From a virus, in IMG/VR virus record IMGVR_UViG_3300020048_000042, positions 32,001 through 96,000 of that record: 64,000 bases of DNA, one strand, 5' to 3'. The position numbers were made by a program, and so were the translations under genes. Below the pieces are notes generated by a model, which was given only the letters and a program-made list of their open reading frames with translations, did not search any database and had not been told where the DNA came from. Below are positions 1 to 14,300 of this stretch, one piece after another. Within the stretch, counting starts at the first letter, position 1; each line of letters opens with the position of its first letter.

Positions 1-16
1 AGATGCAAAAGATTAT

Positions 17-2323
17 ATGGAAGCGATGGACTTGCTTTACAATCCAGAGTACTACAAACAAACAGTTGGTAGAATTCAGGATGGTAGATTTAAGTATGAG
101 CTTTTAGAATTTGTAGACAACATACAAGATCGTATCAGAAGCACAATTATGTTTACTGTATCTAATTCTGATTCAGATGACATGTTTGAAAGAATGGAGC
201 TTATTGCAAAGTTATACGAGCAGTTAAATACTGCAATAACAGAAAGCGAATCTTACAAAAATTTAGTTCTTCTTGGTATTGATGAAACATTAGGATTGGA
301 TCATGCAAAGTTTGCAGAGGAAAATGCTAAAAAGTTAAATGAAGTTCTTCAAGAAAAGATTGCAGAAATTGTAGATACATATGCTCCTTCAGCAATGTCT
401 GATGATTTAAGTGATGAAGATTACGCACAGTTCCAGAAAACAACTAAGATTTCTGGAATCAACATGAACATAATTGCAAGAAAGGTTCAATCAGAAAGAG
501 CATTGAGCACAAGACAAGCAGAAGCATATCAAGCAAACAAAGATGCTATTGATGTTCTTGTAAATAGACTCAATGATGCATTGGAAGGTTCTGAGAAATC
601 TGTTATGCAGGATATGTCATTGTATGGTGTTGCAAGAGAAAAACTGATTGAAACTGGTGAGTTTACTGAAGATGACTTGAAAGCAATGACTGATAAGCAA
701 GTTCTTGATTTAGCATTAAGTAGAGGTCTTATTGATCCTGCAGAAGCATTGAAGAACGCAAATGGTTATGAGGAAATTTCAGACGATGTTTGGAACAACT
801 TTATTGCAAATCAAGAAGTTGAAGAAGGTGTTCTTGAAAATATTGCATCACGTGATTATCAAGGCATTGCACTTACAGAAAGAGAAAAAAGTATCCTTGA
901 CGCTAGAGCAAGTGAAATTGCTGACATTCAGGATAGAATAGAAAGAGAAGAAGCTGAAGCTAATCCAGTAGTAGATGAACCTGTAGAGGAAGTTGAACCA
1001 CAAGAACTAGAACAAGCAACAGATACTGATGAAACAACTACTGATAATGTAGGTGGAACAGTATCTAATGCACAAGCTGGAGAAGAAGCATTACTTGCGT
1101 CCATTGCACAAATGAATGGGGGTAGTACTACAGATGATTCTTTTGAAGTCAAAGGTTCTGAAGACGAAGGATTTGATGTTACATCCAAAGATGGTATTAA
1201 CGTAAACTCTGAGAAGATTGAAAGTGAAGATGAAGCATTTAATTTAGCAGACAATCTTAACAATGGTCGTAGTAACATTGATTGGGCTAGAGAATTTCTT
1301 GGTGATTTGTCAACAGATGAAGAGGGTACTTTAAAAGTTGATAGAATGGTCAACTCAGGTAAGAGATCTTTAACTGCTTACAATAAAAAGAATGGCACTG
1401 ATATCAAAACTCTTGAGGATTACTATAAGATCATTGATGGTAAAATGACATTGGATATGATTAAGGAATCAATCCTTACAAACACACCTTTAGCAAAAAT
1501 AAAAGCACAACGCAAGAAACAAGCACGTGTAGATTCAAAAGAAGAGGATTTGTTTGATAGTACAGCATCGCCATTTGTTGGTGGACCTGCATTACCATTA
1601 CAATCAATACAAGATTTGTTTGATAGACTTGAAAGTATGTCTGCACAAACACCAGCAGTTGACGTAGTTTTAAAGTTGAATGTAGAATCTACTACAAAAA
1701 ATGGTAACGAGAGACTTATCAGTGATGATACATCTATAAAAATGGGTGATGAATCTCAAGAACTTAGTAAGTTAAAACGATATGGTAAGACTAATTACTA
1801 TATCAACAATGGAGTACTTGGTGTAATCATTGAGGGCAAAGATTTATTTGGAAGAGATGGTGGTTCTACAAAAGTAAATGTTAAAGTTCCAGAAGGTTTT
1901 GATGAAACTGTTTTTGCAAAACTTGTAGCAAAAATTAAATACCCTAAGTCTACTACACCTGCAGAAACAGAAAGAGTATTAAATGAAATTAGAGATGCAA
2001 TTCAAAAATCAATTACTCCAACTACTACAAATACTAAAACTGATGTAGAAGCTAGAAGAAAATACAGTATTGAAGAATTAGGTGTTACTGTAGGCGATGA
2101 TGGAAAAATAGCAGGACTATATATTTCTAATGAGCTAAATGATGATGGCACAGTTAGAACTATAAGAATAACAGGTCCATCTGTGCAAGCAGTTACAGAC
2201 AGACTGAATGCAAAATATAATGCAGAAAATTCAGAAAAAATTGGTAAATTTGTTAGTGAGGAAGAGGTGTCTGAAGACACAGTTCTTGATCAACTTAGAA
2301 AAATAAATTCTTGTTTTAAATAA
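17..2323 (+). CDS. Large acidic virion/ejection (cargo) protein, C-terminal part; reading frame is open to the left window edge
   Basis: 768-aa ORF with no in-frame stop back to position 2; acidic helical composition; first of a tandem of giant ORFs containing a virion RNAP; ends NSCFK. Confidence 0.6.
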   Translation: MEAMDLLYNPEYYKQTVGRIQDGRFKYELLEFVDNIQDRIRSTIMFTVSNSDSDDMFERMELIAKLYEQLNTAITESESYKNLVLLGIDETLGLDHAKFAEENAKKLNEVLQEKIAEIVDTYAPSAMSDDLSDEDYAQFQKTTKISGINMNIIARKVQSERALSTRQAEAYQANKDAIDVLVNRLNDALEGSEKSVMQDMSLYGVAREKLIETGEFTEDDLKAMTDKQVLDLALSRGLIDPAEALKNANGYEEISDDVWNNFIANQEVEEGVLENIASRDYQGIALTEREKSILDARASEIADIQDRIEREEAEANPVVDEPVEEVEPQELEQATDTDETTTDNVGGTVSNAQAGEEALLASIAQMNGGSTTDDSFEVKGSEDEGFDVTSKDGINVNSEKIESEDEAFNLADNLNNGRSNIDWAREFLGDLSTDEEGTLKVDRMVNSGKRSLTAYNKKNGTDIKTLEDYYKIIDGKMTLDMIKESILTNTPLAKIKAQRKKQARVDSKEEDLFDSTASPFVGGPALPLQSIQDLFDRLESMSAQTPAVDVVLKLNVESTTKNGNERLISDDTSIKMGDESQELSKLKRYGKTNYYINNGVLGVIIEGKDLFGRDGGSTKVNVKVPEGFDETVFAKLVAKIKYPKSTTPAETERVLNEIRDAIQKSITPTTTNTKTDVEARRKYSIEELGVTVGDDGKIAGLYISNELNDDGTVRTIRITGPSVQAVTDRLNAKYNAENSEKIGKFVSEEEVSEDTVLDQLRKINSCFK

Positions 2324-2334
2324 ACTCTTGAAAA

Positions 2335-5300
2335 ATGGGATGTACAATAGCTACTGAACAATATATACCTGTAGTAGAAAACCTTATTAAGTTAAATTCA
2401 GAAGTATATAAAAACTTTGATAACGCTGCAAAATTTATATTACAGTCAGACTTAACAGGTGAACAGAAAAAATTAGCGTTACACAATATGGCCCATATTT
2501 ATAATGGGCTTTCTGGTTTAGATGCTACTGTCTATAATTTGGGTAAAGGTATTGACATAATTAAAGGTGTGAACTTGATTGATGATACAAAAGCGTACAT
2601 TAAGTTTTCATCAGATTTGTTTGGTGTAAAAGAACCATTACCTCCAACAAGTACAGGAATTGATAAGAGTATTGAGGCTCTGACAAAACTGTCTTTGATT
2701 ACAGTTACAGATTTAACAAATGTATCTGGACCTTTGTCATTGATCAAACAGTATTTCAATACTCAAGTGTTTGACACATTAGAAGAAAGAGACTTTACAA
2801 TAGAATCTTTTAGAGCAATACTACGTGATGTAATATCCAACATGAGTAAAGCTGATGAGGGTTACAAACAGGTTTTATACAATACCATAGAGGATGTCTT
2901 TAGTACGCTAGAGAAAAAGTCTGAATACATTGATATTAATACAGTAGTTGATCTTGCAAATTTAGATACAGTCTTATTGACTTTGGATAATGGATCAATG
3001 GTTGAAGGTGTGCTTTATGATGATGGTACAATTGATGTTGTAAATGCAGATGGTACATTAGAGCCAATGGAAGCATCAAGAATTGTTTCTCAAAAAAGAG
3101 CAAGACCAGCTGACTCTTCATATTCAAATGATGGTAAGCAAGTATTCAATGAAGATTTCTTTTTATCAGGTTTAGTAATTGATTCTGTAAATCCAGAAGA
3201 ACGCGTTGAGTTGATAGAGGCATTGAGAAAAATGAGTGTGCCATCTGCTGGTATAAAAATATCTGCAGTTAAGCTAAGTAATGTTGGTGACATTCGTGTA
3301 CAACGAATGAAAGAAGTAGCATTTCAAGATACAAGTTTAGCACCTCTTTCAAGAAGAGATCACGAAACTTTTGAAAACAGTACGCAAGTTGCGTATTTGG
3401 AATCTACACCAAATGGAAAAGTTCTTACTGTATCTCGCCCAAAAGCGAGTGAGCAAGAATTTGCTTTGGTAGGTGAGATACTTGCAACTGGTCAGAAGTT
3501 TTACATATACTCTATGGAGAACTTTGCTTTTGTATCAAGTGATAACACAACAGAACTTTTAGATTTATCAAATCCAGGACACCTTGCAATGTTGCAAGAA
3601 ATGTCTGTGAAGTCAACAACTAATAGCATAAGCCCATTAGAGAATTCTGATATGGCTTCAATTGTAGCTTCTCAGAAACTTTATGAGAGGTTTAAAGAAA
3701 GAGTCTTAGCAAAAGTAGGATCTGCATTTGACGCGAATACTTCAGTAGATGTAACAGATGAGTTTGTACAGTTGTATGATTTTTCAACACAGCGTGGCTC
3801 ATCTCCTGTCTACAAGCTTTTAAATGAAGCCGTGGAATCTAACCCTCAGTTTAGCAAAATAGTTACTGTGGTGGACGTAAATGCATCAAATGAAATAGTA
3901 AACGAAGAAACTCGCAAGTTGCCTTTCTACTTTTACAAAGAAATCAATTACAAAACAAAAACAATTCAATACAGACCTGTATCATTCTTAAAAGGAAATC
4001 AAAGAATCAAAGTTGAATTACCTGATGGAACAGTAAGAATAATCACTGAACAATCATATGTTAATGAAGTTCTTAATCTTCCTGAACAGATTACTGAGAT
4101 GTTTAAGGATGAGGATGCAAGATTGGTTGGCCTGATGAATAACAATGAGTCTCTTGCTAAAGTTGCAAAGACTATGCACTTTGTTGTAAAGTTTCCAAGT
4201 GAAGGAGGAATTTCATATGCATCTGCAAGAAGAAATGATCAACTTGAGTTTGGTGAATTCTTTGCAAAATACATTGTAAGTTTATCTGAGGTATTATTAA
4301 GTCCACAAAAGACAACAGCTCTTCGTAACTTTAGAAAGTTGCAATATGACTTTATGCCTTCTGCTATTTCAGGCAAAGGAATGATTTTAAGTTATGAGTT
4401 TGCAACTGCTCGTGCAGCTGAAGGATACCAATTACAGTTAGAAGTAAGACCATATTCTCAGAACTCTGATAGATATGGCAGTGCTATAACAAACGAAACA
4501 AAACGTTTCTTTAATTTCAAGATTGATGAGGGTATGATAAATGGCCTTGCTAAATCATTGAAAGGTGAGGGAAGTTTATTGAAAGAAGTAGTTGCTGAAA
4601 ATCCAAGCTTAGCAGGATATGACTTGAACAAATCAGATGACTTACTTAATTTTTACACTGATGTTTACGCTATGTCTGAATCAGGTATGGCAACAGACAG
4701 CATTAAGAAATTAGTTTCTGAAATCAGTAAAGCTCAACAAAATTTTACACAAGCAGTTATTGACTCAGTTATAAAACCTTTACAGGAAAACAAAGAAGGT
4801 GTTTACACTGACTTTATGGAACTTGCAAAAGAAGATTTTAACTTTACAAATGGTGTAAATCTTGAGGCAATGTTTTCTACAGGACGCGAGGATGGTAAAA
4901 AATCATTACGTGTTGTGTCACCTTTGGTAGTAGGAACACCAAATGACAACAGATCAACATACAATAGTTCAATGAAAAACTTGAGCATATTAGAATCTGG
5001 ATCACGTAAGTCATTTAAACTGGTATCTAAGTCTCCAATTAATGTAGCACCAAGTGATCAAGCTTCTGATAACATGGACCACACTGCAGCTCAAAAGGCT
5101 ATTGTAGATGATGTAGCAGAAACAGAAAACCAACCAGTTGCTATCACACCAATTGATACAAATGATACGCCTTTGAATTTAAAAGAAGAAGGAGATGTGT
5201 CTGATCAAGCAGAAGAAGACGATGATATTATTGACATTGAACCTTTCTCAATTGCATCTGGTGAAATTCAACCTGCAACAAACGATGAAATACTAAGTGA

Positions 5301-8300
5301 AGCAGAATGGTTAGCAGAAATGCTTCCTCAATTTGGTTTAGATAGAACAACATTAAAAGATGTTATTAACCTTTCAAAGATTGATGGTGCAGTCTTGGGT
5401 ATGTTCAAAGACAAAATGATTTACTTGAATGAGGCACTTCCATCTAAGGGTACTGTATTTCATGAAGCATTTCATGGTGTATTTAGATATTTACTTACAC
5501 AGAAAGAAAGAGACGCATTAATTGCAGAAGTAGTAAACAATCCAACACATGCTTCCAAGTTTGAAGCTGATGCTGTTTATGAATTTGCAAGAGTTCGTAA
5601 CATAACAACAACAAACTTTGATACACTGATTCAGTTAATTGCTGAAGAGGTTCTTGCTGATGGATTCCAAAGCTATATGGCCAAGGCAAAACCTGCAGCT
5701 CCAAAAACAGCAATGCAAAGATTCTTTGACATGCTAAAAAGGTTGTTGGCACTTTTCATAAAAAACAGAAGTGAAATTGAAAACACATACGACAAAGTAA
5801 AAAGTGGGTATTACAAGACAGCTACAATCCAATCAAATATGTTTGATGGGCAAGTTGCTTATGAAGTAATTCCTGGCCTTATCAAATACTATTCAAATGA
5901 AGAAGGTGCAACATTGCGTGCACAGTCTACACTAAACCCATCTGAGCAAGTTCAACTTGTGAATATGGTTGTTGGTGTTATTTTTCAAGACAAAGCTCAG
6001 TCTGATAATTTTGATACTAAATTTCAACGTGCAGTAGATAAAGTTCTTGAAGAAGTTTACAGCATGGAGAAACTTGTAAATCAAAATCCAGCTATGAAAG
6101 ATGCAATCATTGCCAAGTATGGTCCAATGATTTCTTCATTTAGATTTGTGTTGGGTGCAAGAATGAAAGGGTTATCTGTAATGGATATCAATCTTTCTGG
6201 TGATGCAAAAAATGATAACAAGCAATCCCCAAATACTATCAATCTAATCAATGATGAAAAGATTGATAATACAATGGGTCAGCACTCATTTGATGTATTG
6301 CGTAAAATTGTAAAAGAGAAGTTTGATAAAACAAATTCTGTAAAAATTGCTCAGGAACAAGATGAGTTTACAATTATTGATGACGAAGTTGTTGCTACAT
6401 TCACTGGTGAAAATGCCAATGTGGTTAATGATGACGAAGCGCAATCAGCTCGTGAAGAGTTAGAGAACAACGACTTTGAGGCAGGTTTTGGTGAACAAAA
6501 CAGAATGGATTCATACGTATCTCAGATCAGAAGATTTCTGTCTACAATTCGCAATGATCAATTTGATGCTGACTTAAATATCAATTTGCCACGCATGGTT
6601 GATGGAGATTATATCTTTCCAACAATGCTTAAGATTACTGCAGGTTTAGCTCCACAAAACATCATTGATGCAATTGGAGTAATGGGTAAGCAGATGATTA
6701 AAGATGGCTTTACACAATCAGGTAAAGACTTAAGTGCTATTGCTGATGCTATTAATGTATTGACAAAAGCTGATCCTGAAGGAAATCCACAATCTAATAG
6801 ACAACTACGACAATTGTTAATTGAAGTGTTGCATGGTGTTGAGTTAAACTACACAATGTTTAATGTAACAACGCCAAAGCAAGTTTCCATTAAAGAAACA
6901 ACTAACATGAGTGAGTTGATGGATTCTAAAGCTGTTACATTTAGATTATATGACAAAGTTGTAGACGCTGATATTACAAAGAAACGTAATGACATTGTTG
7001 CAAATTTCTTAAAGAAACATTCGTCCAGTGCAAACGATGCAGCATTTAAAGAAGCAGTAAATGTGTTAATTAACTTTCCAAAAGAATGGTTCTCACAACC
7101 TGATTTGCTTTCAGGATTACGTGGTCAAACAATAATGGCCATGGAATTCACAACTAAAATTCACAAAGCTTTAGAAACAATTGGTATGAATATACCAAAG
7201 TCTCTTGTTGAGTTATCAATTTTAGGAATGAACAAAGCAGAAAACAATATTGAGTTGGCTGTTGATGTTGAGATGCAAAAGTTTTATGACGTAAATGAGA
7301 ACTTTGTTAAACAAGCTCAATATCTTGAGAAGGATTTCTTCAGAAGTTTGTCTTACATTTTAACTAATGCATATGTTGATGGCAAACCAAATGTAAGGTT
7401 AAAAACTATAATGGATGATCAGAATTCAAAAGATGCGCAAATTAATCGCTTCATGGTAATTCTTAAAAAGGCATCAACATACATTGTAAAATATGATCCA
7501 ACTGATATTCCTAGTGTTATTAAAAATGCTGAAGGAAAGTCAATATATCGTTTTGCTAAGTACAATCCTTTAGTGCTATTGACAGAGCGTTTAAATACAA
7601 TGACACTTGAAGAAGCTTTGTCAAATGATCCATACTTTACAAATTCATTAAAGAACTTTATTTCTGACAATGCAGTCCTTGGACCATTGTTAAATAATGA
7701 AACAGGAACTGACGTAGAAAAGATACAGTTGTTCTTGGATAATTTTACAATGTCAATGTTTGGTGGTGTACAACAAAGAATTGGTGATATTGCAAAACAA
7801 GGTCAAACTTTTAAATCAATAGATGAAAGATCTTTGTACATGTTGCAGTTGTTATCATTTATGAATATGAAAAGTGTTCGTGACAAAAATGGTAATGAAA
7901 TTACTACATACATGAGACCATTCCACCAGTTGGAAGCAACACAAACAAATTTTCTTGTATCTGCAATGTATACACCATTTGTTTCTAAATCAAATGTTAC
8001 TGTTAAAAATCAATTGGGTCATGCATTATATAAAGATGATTATTGGAAAATTGTAGAAGACCTAGAGGCTGTTGTAAAACAAGAATACAAACGTATTGCA
8101 AGAGAATGGAATCGTCGTTTAGAGCTTAAGGCTAACTATGAAAGTGGTGTAAGTAATCAGTTAAACAATAACTATAATGCTATTCTTAATGATGATAACA
8201 AAACTGCAAATGTTGATGCAGATAATCTAAGAGCTTACAAGTTTAACATACTAAGTGATTTCTTCCAAAATGAAAACAACACTAGTCTTGCGAATGATTT

Positions 8301-11300
8301 AGTAGAACTTGCAAAATCACAACAAGATTTTGATTCTGCTGATCTTTCTAACTTGCGTAATAAGTTAAATGAGTTTGCAAAAGAACAGTTTCAAATGTAC
8401 ATGGAAACTTTGGAACGCATTCAACTTATCCAAAAGTTACCAATACCTGAAGGTCAAAAAGCATATGACCCACGTCCTGGTGTTGAAAAAGTTGAAACAT
8501 ACTTTGAAGCATCAATGTTGCCAGAAAAAATTAAACTTGATTTTAATAGCACAAGTTTGACTGAAATGTATCCACAACCACAAGGTGTTAATACAAAAAC
8601 AACAAATCCATTGATGCCAGTTGAGTCTTTGTTATATGACAAGTTCATGAACAACTGGAGAAATGCATTACATTTCAATCAGTTGATGGATGGTGATATG
8701 GCAATGAACGTTAAAAATCCACAGGATTATGTAAAACGTTTAAAGAAAGTTGTTGCTACTGGTTCCAATATGAAAAATGGAACTCACAACGTTGCTTACA
8801 TGAACACAATTACAGCATTTGTACATGACATGTATCCACAGTATGGCCCTTACTATAAGCGTGAAGAAATCATTAGTGACTTCATGATTGAGTCTGAAGC
8901 ATTACGCGATGAGTTACTAGAAGGTTATGACAAAGCTGTTGACGGTACTGTAGAAGCAATTCTGGATACAACTGTTAAGTGGGGTGACATGATACGTGAG
9001 GTTTTTGATGGTCAAAGTATATCATCATTAATGCACCAAATGGACATGCATGATACTCTTGGAAGACTTGATGATCGTGGTTTACACATTCTTGTTGCTA
9101 AACATTATAGAGCATTGACAGAAGATGAGACTAGATATCTTGAGTCAATGAAGATTGTAAACAATGCTAAGAAAACAGTAACCGCAGCTCGCAACATTTA
9201 TCATAAAGATTCTGAATCTTATATTGATAGAGGTGACGTTAGTGTTTTAAACATTGAGAAGACAGAAGATGAAACAATTGATGTTGCAACAGAACGTGTG
9301 TTTAATGAACTACATGGTTTGTATTTGTCAGTTTATGATTTAAGAAAAGATCGTGAAGAAGCAGCAACAATGCCTGATGCTGCAAATCAAGTAGCAATGA
9401 TTAATAGTGCTATTGGTAGTATTTATGTAAAGATTCATAATTATTATACACCACTTCCTCACAGACAGATGATGCATGATATTTTGAATTCTATGGAGAT
9501 GCATCAAGTAGATCAGTTGATGGATACGACAGCTTCAAAAAATGCTACACTTTTACCTATTGATGTTTACAGTGCTGATAGAAAAGATGGATACATTAAC
9601 TTTGGTCTTGCAACACTTGCTGTTCCAAACTCTGCTAAATACTTACAGGTTGAAACAAGTGGTGTAAAAGAAAAAGCAAAACACTCAGTACAATCTAAAT
9701 TATTATTACCTGCAGATATTTCAGAAAAAGAATTTACAAAAATCATTGAAGTAGAAAATGAAAGAACTGGCAAGCAAGCAACTGAATCAGAGATGCGTGC
9801 AATGTTAGATGTAAAAAATGCATTGAATGACTATCAATTATCACTTAGCAAGTCTACAAAAGCACGTTTGACATACTTCAAAAATGTTTTGAGAAAAGGT
9901 AGTGACTTTGAGTTGGGTAAAATCTTTACAATGATTCGCGAAAGCTTGCAGCAACAAAATGCACCAATGAATATTTTGGACATGTTTGCAGTTAAGCCAG
10001 ATGGTAAACCAGTCTTTAGTCCTAACTTAAGTTTGATAAGAAACACTTTGGAATATTACATGATTGCACAATACAGCAAGAATGTGACAGATGAAAAAGT
10101 CGCAGGATTTAAAAACTTTCATGAGAGTGCTTTTGGGTATGAAGTGATGGTAGATTTGGAAACTGGTAAGATAGTAACCACACAAGAGATTGCAGAAAAT
10201 CCTGATACGTTTAAAGATAAAGCACGTTTTAAATCACGCCCTTTGTCTACTACAGTTGAAATACAAGCTGATGGAAGCAAACTATATTTTGTAGAATGCA
10301 TTCTTCCAAAACCATATTTTGAGAACGTTCAACAAGAGCAATTTTACATGGACAACCTTACAAAAATGTTTGGTGTTCGTATCCCTACAGAGGATAAACG
10401 ATCTATGATAGCATTAAAAGTTGTTGATTTTACAGATTCTTCTAAATTAAACAACATTATTGTACCACACTTTGTACACATGCTTGCAGGATCTGACTTT
10501 GATATTGATTCATTGTTTGGTCGTATGATGTCTTACTACAAAAATGGTAAAGGAAACTATTCATTATATGGTGACTACAGTCAATATGATGATATGGAAA
10601 AAGGTGAGTTCATTGAGTTCTTACATTTTATGTCTAAGAATGATGACTTTGGTCCTTTAATTAAAGCACGTAAAAAACAACTCATTGATGATGGAACAAT
10701 TTCTATTCCAAGTGAAGGTGTGTTGTTTGATGTGTTAACTGGTCTAGGGTATACAATAGATGAATTAGGAGAGTTCTTTGACCAAAAAGTTCTTAAGTCA
10801 AAATACAAAGATCAAAAAGAATTTACAAGTTACATGTTTGATTTAACTACTGAATCAAAAGAACTATATGTTAATGCTAAAGAAATTGCTGATCAAAATC
10901 CTGAGAACAGAGAGTTAGCTAACACACGAAATTCTTATGGTAAAGAGCATGCTGACTTAAAAGCAATTCGTCAAACATCTGTTGCAGAACAAAAAGCAAT
11001 CAAAGAAAAGCTTCGTATTATTGATTCAGCATTTGAGTATCAAGCAATGGTGGATGTAATGTCTCAGTATGGATTACCAAGTAATCTTTCTGAATTTATA
11101 TCAAAACCACAATATTCTGAAATGGTTTCTAAGAAGTATGAAAATGCAAACTTAGATGCAAGTCTTAGAATCATTGGTAATGAAGCAGTCTTTAAGTACT
11201 TGTACATTAACCAGCGTGCTTCTGCAAATCAATTCTTAGAAATCTTGTCTAAGTTTGGAATTGATATGAAGACCATTACACAAAAGGCCAATCTATTTAC

Positions 11301-14300
11301 ACCAACAAATATGGTGGCATCTAAGATTGAAAACAACATGAACAAAGATGGTATTGGTCGTACAGCTGTTATGAATAAGTTTTTAGCACTTGCAAGTCAA
11401 TATGAATTGATTCTTGATGAGGAAGCTGTTGTGTGGAACTTTCAAGATCTAAATGGTAAATTTGTAAACAAGGATACGTTTGGTCAACTTAATGAGAAAG
11501 ACCAACGTGTTATATCAATTATTGGTAATATTCTTGGAGTGTTTGCAGATGCTGCTAAAGATCCAATTCCTGCAGCGTTGCAGATGAATGAAGTCAATGC
11601 AAGTACAACACTTGCAATGATTGGTATTGGTTTAGATCCAGAATTTGCAGTAGCGTTTAACTTCTTACCTGAAGTACGTAAAGCTGCACTCGCTGTACAA
11701 CAATCACAGTTTGCAATTTCTGAGGGACTTGACCAAGATTACAAATTCTACAATTCAGCAATCACTACTCAAATAGAAGACTTAGTAACTAAAGATCCTG
11801 ATACTCTTACAAGATTAAAAGTTCTTGGTATTGTAACTCCAAAGTCATGGCCTGGTCGTATAGTTCTTGATTCAAGCAAAGTTAAAATTGGATTTGAGCC
11901 TAAAGGGTTGAGCATCTATGCTTTAAAGAATGACTTGTTAACACCATCTGCAATTGGATTTGAAATGCGTGATGCAATGACAGACGTTCCTCTTAGTGAA
12001 AACGAAATGAAAGTTGTGTTGTTGTCACTGTATGCTAAACAAGCTCAGCAAACTTGGTCAATGAACAGAGTAGCATCTATGACAAATTTGTTCAAAAGAC
12101 TTAATCCAAGTTTGGTTGCATTTGACAAGATGCGTGACAACATCCAGGAAATAAGAGAAAATAAACTATTTGATGAGGCATCTGTTAATAGGCTATTTAA
12201 AGGTGATCAAGTATGGAATGTACTTGAAGATACATTGAATGACGCAAATGATCAGTTCTCTAAAATATTCTTGGAACGTACACTGTTCTTTAAACCAATT
12301 ACTTCAAGTTTTAAGAGATACTTTGAGGATCCAAAAACTATTGCAAATACTTTAACTAGCTTTTTAGCCATCAACAAGTTTAAAATGACATTCCCTAACT
12401 CACGTTCTAGTAAGAACGCTTACATGCAGGGAATCATTGATCAAGACAACGCTGCAATCTTGCAAACATTTACTCCTGAGTATTGGTTTACAAATGACTT
12501 ATACACTCAGATAGAGAAAATGCGTGAGAAGTATCCAGAAAATGACTTCTTGAAACTTTTAAGACCAGATGAGTCTGATAATACTGCAACTGTAATATAC
12601 AATAGTAAACCTTATCCTGGAATCAAAGAGCGATTTGTAAAGTTAATTAGTAAAGCAAAAATCAAAGGTGATTATGCAAACAAAATTGCTGATGATGTTA
12701 CGTTCTTGTATAATCAAGGTACAGTAGATGAAAAACTATTTGTCAAAAAATTGTTTTATCATGAGCTGGCACGTACTGGATTACAATATGCTGAAGGATC
12801 TTTCATTTCATATATGCCTGCAGAACTTAAAGTACCAATTTCAAATTATATTGAAGAGTTTATTAATGGTCTTGATGCTGTAGCAAAAAGTTCTAATTTT
12901 GAAGAAGACTTTATCAATTTTATGAAAGACTATATTGGTAAAGATTCTCAAGTTGATATTTACAAATTCTTTGATGAGATGTTTTCTCAGCTTGCGTTTG
13001 CAGCATCTTCAGAAAATAACAATAGAAAAATTCCAAAGTTTATTGATAGAGATGATACTGCAAGTATGTCATTTAAGATTAACTCAAAAGAGCCTCAATA
13101 TACGAAAGCAATTGTTAAAGCATTTGTACCTGACAATGCTACTATGGATAGAAAAACATTGCCTGATGCCAAAGCAAAAGCTATTGGACATGTATATACA
13201 GCATTTGGATATCAGACTCCTGTAAGAGCAGATCTTGATAAGATTGGTAAAGTAAACATTATTGATCTTGCAGGTAGTGAGTTTACTCTTGATTTATCAA
13301 GTGGGACTGGTGAAGAAAACAAAGCAAACATAATCTTAGGATCTATGCTTGGAATACGTCGCGATCCTTCTGAGCCAGACTCTACAGATTTTGTATTCCC
13401 TGCAATTGTCAGAATTGGTAATAACACTTTTGTTTTACAAGGTGTTGATACTGGTGCAGAAACATCAAAAAGTATTGGTACTAATTTAGTTGAAGCTATT
13501 GTAGGAAAAGGAGTATTTACTTCTATAGGATCAGTTGCACGATACACAGCAATACCATCACAGTACTCTTCAAAATCATTAAGTCCTATTGGATTTACTA
13601 CAGAAGATGCAGAAACTTATAATAGATATGTCACTAAGAAGGAAGGAATTGTTCTTAATGCTGAGGTTGTTGACGACAATGCTAAAGCACAAATTGAAAA
13701 CCCTAAGAAAGTAGTAAGTGGTAATGAGTTAATTGGACTATCAGCATCTGAAAGATTTACTAGAAAATCAGTTGAACAAGATTCTGAGTACTTGTATTTG
13801 TTTACTGATAATGCACAAAGAACATCTGGTACAGGGAAAGTTAATGCTGACGGCTGGTATGCACAAAAATATGGTGCAACTAAAAAGTATCCAGGAAAAA
13901 CACAAGCTGTTGCAAGAGGTCTTGACAATGCATATCCAATAACAACAATGGTTGATGACAAAAGAACTCAGTGGTCTGATGTACAATTTGATACTTACAA
14001 AGCAATCATTGATGATGAGATAGAAACAATTAAGAAAGCTGCTACAAACTATAAAGGAATTAAGTTTGGTGCAGAAATGCCATTTGGACAAGGTGCAATT
14101 TCTAATATGAAAGATAGTGCTCCTAAAACTTGGGCGTATCTTAACACAAAACTTGCAGAACTTGGTATTGATAATACAGGAACTACACCTATAGCTGGTG
14201 CTAAACCACAGAGTGACTCTGCAAGTACGAATCAAATTAATGCAGGTGAAGATTTATTGAATGGGCTTATGAATCAAGGTACAGATAACACAAGTGAAGT

